DNA from: the human T2T-CHM13v2.0 reference genome, Homo sapiens
DNA length: 64,000 nt
Assembly (NCBI RefSeq): GCF_009914755.1
Contig: NC_060926.1
Direction: 5' to 3' (one strand)
The translations under genes and the position numbers were made by a program. The notes below the pieces were generated by a model that was not told where the DNA came from, did not search any database, and saw only the letters and a list, made by a program, of their open reading frames with translations. Each line of letters starts with the position of its first letter. Position 1 is the stretch's first letter. Positions 12,961 to 23,192 of the stretch are shown here, in pieces.

Positions 12961-13774
12961 GTGGAATGGGGGTGGGGCAGGGAACCTGGGGGTGCAGATC
13001 CTGAGGCAGGGCCTTGGGGCCATGACAGCGACTTGGACCTTGTCCTGTGCGCACTCACTGCCTTCATGGTCCTTCGTCCCCTCTCAGAGTCTCCTGCAAG
13101 GATTTTCCACCCTCAGTGGCCCTTGGTCCTTGCCCCCACCCCCAACTCCCTGCCTTCTCAGTCTTGGATTAAGGGGGCCTTGGCATGGGTCTGGGTGCCT
13201 GTGGCTCCCGTGTGCCAGGCTACTGGGGTCTGTTTCTGATGTCTGCTGCCACCCTGGGCCCCTGAGAGGCCTTCACCCCAGCCCTCAGCCTGCCCGGGGC
13301 AGTGTGATTTTCCCTCCTCAGGGCAGAGGCCAGCCTTGTTTTTCCTCCACACTCAGGAATCGCGCTTCAGGAATACACAAAGCAGCTGTTAAAATATCTG
13401 GGTCTGGCGGGCCGGCCACACAGTGGGCCCCTTGTTCCCCTTGCAGACAGCGGCCTCAGAGCACGTCCCAACCCTCTGCTGGGTCAGCGGTGCTGGGGGA
13501 GTGGTGTCAGGGAGAGACCCTGGACCTCTAGGCTTCAGGGCTCTCCAGGGAGGAAGGTGATGGACAATAGGAATTTAGAACCGAGTGGAACAAGCACATT
13601 ACAAACAGATGCCAACCCGAGAGTTTAGATGTCAGACTGTAGAGGCGCTGGCACCAGGGTGGGTGGAGGAGGATGCCTGGATGGGACTGTCGTGTCAATT
13701 CTTGGACAGAGCCTTCTGTTGGTGGGGCAGCCTCCAGGCACTGCTCAGGGGCAGGCCTTCTCCAGCTGCAGGGA

Positions 13775-13900
13775 TGATAAGGCCAGGCCTGTGTGTGCCA
13801 GGCCCCATGTGAGACATTCTGTTTATCCCCACTTAACAGATGAGGAAACTGAGGCTTAGGGAGAAGTTGATTCTTGTCGACAGTTCCTGACAGAGCTGGG
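13775..13900 (-). mobile_element. MIR fragment
   Basis: tatccccacttaacagatgaggaaactgaggcttagggag. Confidence 0.7.
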
Positions 13901-14582
13901 AGGTGAACATGGCCATTCCTTCTCCAGAGTCTGCACTCACTGGCCTCCAGCTGAATGTGACAACCACTGACGTGTGCACAGGTGGTGTCAAAGTTCAGTC
14001 ACAGCACAAAGAGGTTGGTGAGCTCTGTCTAGGACTCTGGGAAGGAGGGTGTGAGAGCAAGCTTTCTGGATTTTAAAGCATGGCATCCTCGGTAGAGCAG
14101 AGGGAAGAATGTTCCTGGCAGGAAGGCATGGGGATTGGAGAGGGCCTGCTGGCTTTCAGGGAGTAAATCCCAGTGGAAACAAACGAAGTCTTGAGGCCGT
14201 CTCAAATGTCAACCTCAAAGTAGGTCTTACCCACAGCTTCCCAGAGGGAAAAAGTCCTCCTGATACTCATCAACTCTTATCGGAGGCTGGCTGCCCCTGG
14301 AGGGGCCTGCATTTCCCATTGGGGCCCTCCCTGGCCCCTGTTCCAGCCCAGCAAGTCAGTGAATTAGGGTTAATTATCTGTTTTCCTGGACACCAGCAGG
14401 CCCAGGAGCTGGGCAAATTAGGGGAGCTTTTGTACTTGGAAAAACAAATTCAAGGAGCGATAAAGAAGCAGGTGCACCTGCTAGGATGGGGATTTTGTAT
14501 GGTGCCCACCCCTGGCCACACTGGGAGGGTGAGGGCTTTGGCCACCCCCTCAACTTGCAGGCCCCTGGGCTGCATCCCCTGA

Positions 14583-15093
<511 letters not shown>

Positions 15094-15469
15094 TAGAGTG
15101 TGCCAAGGGCTTCTCCCTCCCTTTGCTCATGCAGTTCCCAGACCCTGGAGTGCTCTTCCCTTTGTGCTCTCCGGGCCAAGTTCAGGACCCTTTCATTCTC
15201 TGACTGGAAGCCACAGGGCAGACTGGATGGTCACCAGGAAGCCTCCTCTGACCTCCTCAGGTAGCCCGCCCTTGTGGAGCTCCCACAAGTAGAAACTCAC
15301 TGCTGCTTATTTGACATTTAGCATATACTGCCTTGGACTTTGAAGCACTCTCTACACAAGTGCCTGCCTCACAACTCTTTACATGTGTGTCTATAGCTGT
15401 GCTTTTATACCTTTTGACACCCCTATAATAATTCTGGAGCCTGGCAGGCATCTGTGCATACAAAGGAGT

Positions 15470-15640
15470 TGGCCATGATGGAGAAAGTAGAAAACTAGAA
15501 TCCAGCAGACATGCACTGGCCCACCAGCACTGCCGTATCTTAGCTGTGTGACTTCGGGGAGCTTACTTATCCTCTCTGGGCCTCTGATTTTAAGTGAAAG
15601 CAAGGTTCGAGATATTGGCCCAGTAGGAGTAGCTGCTGTG
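15470..15640 (+). mobile_element. MIR fragment
   Basis: tagctgtgtgacttcggggagcttacttatcctctctgggcctc. Confidence 0.6.
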
Positions 15641-17334
15641 AATGGTGAAATTACTTGAGGAGAGGAGCTAGCCAGCTCGGGACACCTATGTGTGCTTGAA
15701 GGTTTTGTTGTCTTTCTCTAGTCATGGGGCTCCCGGTGCAGCGACACCCTAGGCAGAGGAGGGGGTCTAAGGAAGGACAGAGCAGTTCAAGAGGACCCTT
15801 CTTCCTCTGAGTCAACATGGGAACCATGGATCCCAGGGGATTTCGGAAGAGCGATTTCTTTTCTTCCAGATGTGTCTCCCTTCGTTGTCCTCACAGCCTA
15901 CTGGGTACCAGGTGGGGTGGTGGGCCATGCACCAAATCCATAGAGAAACAGGGGGGTCTGTTGGGAGCAGTGGCTGTGCACTGGTGCCTCACATACATCG
16001 CCACCTTCAAGTTTCTGGATAATCTTGCTGGGGGTGCATCCCCCTCACTGTCTGTGGGAAGCCAAGGTCAAGGTTATGGAGCCTGAGGGGCATGGGGCTG
16101 ACCCAGACACCATGGCCCTGCCTCCCCGCATCTGACCAGTCCAGGCATCATTTATAGGGTCTGGGCTCCCCTCCTGAGTTTGCCATCTCCCCAAAGGACC
16201 CAGAGTGGAGGCTGGGGGCTGTGGGAATCCCTGGCTGGAGTGGTGGAAGAGGGACCAGCGCAGGTAGGAGCTTGCGGTTCCCCTCCCAGTGTGGAATGGC
16301 TGGAAGAGGGGGAGTCAGGGACAAGGCCTTTGCACAGCTGCCCACCCGTCCACACTCTGGAAGACCCTTCACACCTTCCTGAGCTCTGCCTGGCCCCAGT
16401 CCTGGAGCTCCTTGTTGGTGCTGCTCTCTGGGGCTCTGCAGAGCTGTTATCCTGCTGGGCCCTAGTGAAGCCATGGCAGGCTTCGGTTTCATGTACAGTG
16501 ATGGGAAGGTGGACAGAGAAGGCAGAAACTGGTGCTGCCTAGGCCTCAGACCCCACAGGCAGGTCTGAGGAGCTGGTGGAGTCCCTGACTGTCCCCCCAG
16601 GGCCCTGCAGGCAGGTGATCTTTTCTTGGAGAAGAAGAAAATGGGAGAAGCTGCCCATGTGGGGCAGCTGCTATAATAGGTGTTACGGGCCATGCTGGGA
16701 AGGCTGACTGTCTTCCCAGTACCCTGGGAGGGAGGGTACTCTGCATCACTGGGGAGCAAACTGAGGCTCCGAGAGGGGAAGTAACATGGCCACAGACACA
16801 CAGTGGATGCAGACTATGCTGGTCCAGGCACACATGCATCTCTCATTGTGGGAGAATTCAATGCCTCATGTTTTAAAATAGGATTATTTTGCCGCTGGCA
16901 GTAAAATGCCAGAAGTCCTGGGGAACCCTTACGTTCCCCACGTCCCTATCTCCTTCAGGGTGGAGGAGTGAGTGTAAATTTGTCTGGATGGGACAGTGGG
17001 GACTGACCTGAGGAGTCAGAGCCCGCTTTGCTCCTAGGCTGCCAGCCTTGGCATTGTGGCACTGGACTGGTGTCCCTGAGGTCATTTTCCCAGTGGAGAC
17101 AGTGGTGTGAGGGGAGAGGAAAGGACTGGTGCCCAGCTCCTGGTGGATACAAGACAGAGTCCTCAGGGCCTCAGGCCGTGAGTCGGCTGCTTCCCTTTTA
17201 GCTGTCATGAGGTTAGAATGACGATTTCCCTTAATCAGGGTGGCGGTGTGCTCTTCACTCTGGGAAATTTCACTTTTTATCTCATTGGATCTTAAAAATA
17301 AGTCTGTGATCAAGGCAGGGCACATGTTTATCTC

Positions 17335-17700
17335 TCATGTATGTGCATGTGTTTGCCTGGGTCTGTGTCCTTGTAATATATACATGTGCATGTGTGAGTG
17401 TTCATGTACCTCTGCATGTAACTACATGTATCCTGTATGTGTGCACGTGTGTGGCTGCATATGTGCTGTGAGTGTATGTGTGATGCAGGTGACCATGTGT
17501 GACTTTATATATGTGTGTGCCCATGCACACGTCTGTGACTTTAATGCGGTGTGCACGTGTGTGTGTGGCCTGCGTGCAGGTGTATGCATGTGTGTGGCTG
17601 TGTATATGGTTTGTCGGCGTATGTTCTGTGTGCTGTGTGAGTGTGTGAGCCTGCGTGTGTGTGTGCATCCATGTGTGCCTATGCGTGTGGGTCCTGGGCA
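17335..17700. repeat. (TG/TATG)-rich alternating purine-pyrimidine tract
   Basis: About 360 bp of degenerate tgtgtg/tgcatg repeats. Confidence 0.9.
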
Positions 17701-17809
17701 CGCATGCCGCACGACTGAGATCACAGCAGAGGTGAGAACACCGTGGCTCTGTGGTGGCTGTGACTGCTGAGAGGCGAGGCTTCATCTCTCTCCTGGAGAT
17801 TGATTTTGC

Positions 17810-17920
17810 CTGGGGAACAATGCTCTAATTCCTGTGAGTCACTCGTTAGAGGAGTTCAAAGAAACCAGGTGGCGGGAGGGTGTCTGGGATTTCAGGTTTC
17901 AGGGTGATTCGCTCATTCTG
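17810..17920 (+). promoter_or_regulatory. Probable GLI2 alternative promoter: SOX, AP-1, TCF/LEF, E-box, GC-box and SMAD-binding elements
   Basis: AACAATG 17816-17822, TGAGTCA 17835-17841, TTCAAAG 17855-17861, CAGGTG 17866-17871, GGCGGGAGGG 17871-17880, TGTCTGG 17881-17887. Fits the known TGF-beta/SMAD3 plus beta-catenin/TCF induction of GLI2. Identity with the published promoter is from memory and unverified. Confidence 0.6.
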
Positions 17921-17960
17921 CTCTGATTACTAATTTATTCTTCAAGCCAGTCCTTTAACT

Positions 17961-18310
17961 CAGAGTTCTTAACCTTTTCTGCGCCGTGGGCCCCTTGGCA
18001 AGCAAGTGAAGTTCGTGGACTCCTACAATAATGCTATAAATGCATAGAAGAAAAGACACAGGACTGTGAAAGAAAGTGATGATGCGATGTCTAAAACGTT
18101 CAAGGCACCGCATCTGTGATCAAGAATACATGTGCTGCTTTACCGACACATCAAAGAGCAAGGTCAGCCGTGGGGGCTAATGAATGGCTAGCATAAGTGG
18201 GACACCACGGTGGGCTTGGGCATAGCTGCGACTCATGCCAGTGGCAGCCTGAGGGAGACACCAACTTCAGCTCCAAACTAGCAAAGATAAAAATGTATCT
18301 TTTCATCAGG
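17961..18310 (+). mobile_element. hAT-Charlie non-autonomous DNA transposon, MER119-like (degenerate)
   Basis: Starts cagagttcttaaccttttctgcgccgtgggccccttggca...gtgaag...tggac...aataatg...aaatgcata and continues tgtgat...aatacatgtgctgcttt...; resembles the recalled MER119 consensus. Confidence 0.6.
18011..18162 (+). other. GLI2: Probable alternative non-coding first exon of GLI2 (5' end uncertain)
   Basis: Ends ...TGCTGCTTTACCGACACATCAAAGAGCAAG|gtcagc (GT at 18163-18164). I recall GLI2 cDNAs in which this sequence is joined directly to GATTGCCACCCAGG (23015). It lies just downstream of the promoter-like motif cluster. Confidence 0.65.
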
Positions 18311-18329
18311 TTAGATAGTCCTGCTTTAA

Positions 18330-18644
<315 letters not shown>

Positions 18645-19879
18645 GAACTTGTAGATTATTTGGAAGCCAGAAGGGACCTTATGAGCACCCCGTTCGGTTT
18701 TTCATATACCTGCTTCTGTATCAGAAAGACTTGTGCAACTAACAGAAATGCAGCTCTTCTTGCCACCCCCTGCCTAGACTTGGGGAATCACAATCTCCAG
18801 GGGAAGGCCCAGAAATGCTCCTGAAGCATCTTGCTGTCACCAGTGCCCCTGCTGAGGCCCCAGAGGGCAGGTGACCTGGGTGAACCTCCTAACGGACAGG
18901 GGGCTTCTCCGGGCCCTGGGTCCCGGGTGCCCGCTCCCACCCCCTTAGCAGAATTTTGGAGAGTGTGGCTGTGTTTCCTTCGTGGTTGTTTGGACAGCGG
19001 CAGAGCTGTGTGTTTTGAAGGTAAAGTGAGGAATTGACTCTTCTCCTTCCCTGTGGTAGGTGCTGTGACTCCCAGTCCCTCTTTTTCTGGAGCTCTGTGG
19101 AGCCCGTGGGAGCCATCCCTGGAGAGACCCTCCCTGCTGTCCCCAGGCAGCCCCTGGAGGCCCAGATGAGACTATCCGCTTTGGCTGCAGGGCTTGACGG
19201 GCCTGCCTCAGATGAGCTTTGGGGAGTGAAAGTGGCTGCCTGGGACCCTGGGCGCCTGGTGTTTACCTAGAAATTGTGCTAATCCCGCTAATTCCTGTGA
19301 TTTACACAGCCTCTTGGCTCTGTGTACTATCTTCTTCTCCGGGAAGTGGTGGGAAGGCGAGGCCACGGATGCAGTGGGCACTGCCTGGAATCCCCCCGCT
19401 GCATCTGCTCCCCACAGGCGTTCACGAAACCTCAGGTGCATCTGTGTGCACATCCTCTCCCTGAGCCACAGTCTGGGAGCTGGGCATCTGAATAAATGCC
19501 CCTCCTCCCTCACTACATTCACCCTGTTTCTGGAGCGACCACGCCCTGAGGTGTCAGGAGGCATTTTGGCTGGAGGATCTGACTGTAGGCCTGGCCCCGT
19601 GCCTTCCTGGGGAGTGGCCTTGGGCAGCTCACTCCCCATGGGGGCCTCAGCTTCCTCCCCTATAAGAACTGGTGATGACATCTGCTGTGCTGAAGTGAAT
19701 AGGTGGGGTTGCCATGAGGAAGCCGCAGCTGCTGTGTTTTGGGTCCGTTCTTCACGGATGGAGCCTTCTAGTTACCAGCTTGAGCTGGGCCTGGCTGTGG
19801 GAATGCTGTGCTGAAGAGCTCCTGGCCTGAAGGTGATGAATGTAATACGGGGGTGTTGAGTAGGACATGATCTGACTGC

Positions 19880-20440
19880 TTCAGGGCTGCAATCATGGGC
19901 TAGGAGGGGAAGTGGGGCTTCCTGGAGGAGGTGACGTCTGAGTGGCATCTTGAGAGTAAGAGTTCATCAGACACAGAAAGGTGAAGGGTTTCCAGTGAGT
20001 GGCATAGCTTGGGCAGAGGCCTGGCTGTGTGCAAGGGCAGAGCCAGTTATCCCTGTTAGGAGGGTCAGGCAGCCAGGGAGCTGGTAGGGAGAGGAGGCTT
20101 TAGGTAGACATGGGAAGACTTTACCTGAAGGCCAAGGGGCTCAGCAGGGGAGGGATGGAGTGATATGTGGTTTCTGGGAAGATGCCTGGCTGAAGCACAG
20201 GGAATTACCTGGAGTGGACCAGAGGTGTGAAAAGTGCCAAGACCCAGAGGGGAAAGAGTGCCTGGCACAGAGCAGCCAGCGGGAGAGGCAGTGCTGGTGA
20301 GGCGTGCGAGTGCTGGGGGGTGTGGGGTGAAGTGATGGGGCTCACAGTCTTCGTGTGTGTGGCGAGGAGAGGAGGAAGGTGTCTTAAGGATGCAGCTCAG
20401 GTGGCTGGTGTGGTGGTGCCTGTGACCAGGTAAGGGGCAG
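19880..20440 (-). mobile_element. L2 fragment
   Basis: ggcttcctggaggaggtgacgtctgag...cttggg.agaggcctgg...gatatgtggtttctgggaagatgcctggctg; antisense L2 motifs. Confidence 0.55.
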
Positions 20441-20810
20441 AGGAACAGCAGGCACGAACCAGTGTATAGTGCTAGTAGGCCATTCAGATAGCCAGACTCT
20501 TAAGGGGCGGATTTTAAAGTGGGCTTAAAAGAGCAGGCAGCAATCCCTGAATTTCTAGGCCAAAAGGAGGCCCCTGACTCACCAGCAAGCAGATTTTTCT
20601 CTCCCCCATCTGCCTGACTTTCTTGGGCTTTCTGGGCAGGGAGTTTTGAAAGACTGTGGAAACTGGCCAGGCTGGTGTGTGCAGATGAGCCAGGAGCTGA
20701 CAGGAGCTGTGGACATCCTTCATGTGGCCCCTCCATTGTTCTTGTGTACTCATTTTTTTCTACTTAAAAAGATGTGGGAGTATTGTGTGGATTTAAAAAA
20801 TAAAATTCTA

Positions 20811-21272
<462 letters not shown>

Positions 21273-21412
21273 CAACATAAAACAGAAAAGTTATAGGGCC
21301 TACTAATGTGGATTTAGCTGAGGGCCCCGGGAGTGGAGCTGACCACTGGTGTCTGCACACTGCGACCCCCGTCCCCACACTCTCTGCAGGACCTTCACAC
21401 AGCTGCCCATAA

Positions 21413-21810
<398 letters not shown>

Positions 21811-21929
21811 CATGTGACCATCAGATTTATCTTCTGATAGAAAGGCTGGATTGCCAGTGTCTGCTCTGACCCACCACTCAGCTGGAGACGGAAGTTGCCC
21901 ATGCCCCGAATCCCGCTGGGTGTTCCTCC

Positions 21930-22560
21930 CTTGCTCACAGCCACTTTCCATCCCTCCTTATCTAGTCTGTAGCCTGGTCTGTTGGCTCTGCCTTCAAACC
22001 ATGTCCATGTTTCACCAGCTCCACCGCCACCTGCTTAACCCAAACCACCATTGTCTCTCCCTGGGTCACTGCAGTAGCCTCCTCTCCCCGAAAAGCCTGC
22101 TCTCCGCACACAGCAATGGAGTGACCCTTTTACACCCGGAGTCAGTCCTGCCCCTCCCCTGCTCAAGACCCTCTGATGCCTGCACTTCCCTTCTGGCCAC
22201 TACTCAAAGAAGCCAGCCTCCTCCCACAAGGCCCCTGGCTCCTGGCTTTGCCCTCTGACTGCAGTGGGGTGGCCCCTCAGGCATCCCATCCCTACCCCAG
22301 AGAGGCCTGGCAGCGCTGCCCCGCTGTGCCCCTGCAACCCTCTCTGTCCTGCTTTCTTTTCCTGAGCCACCTCCCACTCACTGAGATTAAATCTACATTT
22401 ATTTTCCCCTTGTTTGCCCCCAAGGAGAATGTAAACTCCACATATTGTATCTTCCGCACCAGGCATGATGCCTGATGCATACTAGGGGCTTAAAAATATG
22501 TTGACTGAGTGCGTGTGAGTCAATAAAGGATGAACATTTATTGAATGAATGGGTGAAGGA
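21930..22560 (+). mobile_element. L2 3' region fragment
   Basis: tgcagtagcctcct...ctcccctgctcaagaccct...tgcctgatgcatactagg...aaatatgttgactgag...ttgaatgaatg (L2 tail). Confidence 0.6.
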
Positions 22561-23014
22561 GTGAGCGAACATGCAGATGAATAAGTGAAAGGTTCTGGTG
22601 AGCAGGGAAGCCACCTGAAAATGAGGGCCTTTCTTTGAGGACCTCTAGGTCATTGTCACTATATTTGTTTTTATTTTCCCCATGATTCACAGACAGAGGT
22701 CATTGTTTCTGACTTTATTTCCCTCATCAGAGGCTACCCGCCACTCATATCAGTAGGAACCTGTTACTTAGATTTTGTAAAATCTGGGTAAAAGATGATG
22801 AGAATGGCCTGCAGTTGTCCGTGAGGTCGTTCAGAAGACCAGACGAATCCCAGGACTAATAATTCTCAAAATTAATTAAACCCTCCTTCCCAATTATAAG
22901 AGAATTAGAATGAAGTTGGTTGCTTTAGGAGCGAGCGGCGGTGTGAATCTGGGTCGGCGTTTCCCGGCTGGGTTTGGGCTCAGTGTTGGTGAGTGTCTTT
23001 GTCTTCTCTTTTAG

Positions 23015-23192
23015 GATTGCCACCCAGGACGATGAGCGGCTGAGATGGAGACGTCTGCCTCAGCCACTGCCTCCGAGAAGCAAGAAGCCAAAAGTGGGAT
23101 CCTGGAGGCCGCTGGCTTCCCCGACCCGGGTAAAAAGGCCTCTCCTTTGGTGGTGGCTGCAGCGGCAGCAGCAGCGGTAGCTGCCCAAGGAG
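23015..23192 (+). other. GLI2: GLI2 first coding exon (178 nt: 30-nt 5'UTR + 148 nt CDS)
   Basis: Acceptor gtctttgtcttctcttttag|GATTG (AG at 23013-23014); donor CAAGGAG|gtactt (GT at 23193-23194). In-frame TGA at 23033-23035 upstream of the ATG. Confidence 0.95.
23045..23192 (+). CDS. GLI2: GLI2 zinc-finger transcription factor, N-terminal 49 codons plus 1 nt (partial CDS, phase-1 intron follows)
   Basis: Translation METSASATASEKQEAKSGILEAAGFPDPGKKASPLVVAAAAAAAVAAQG matches the human GLI2 N-terminus as I recall it. Strong Kozak context GAGATGG. Confidence 0.97.
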
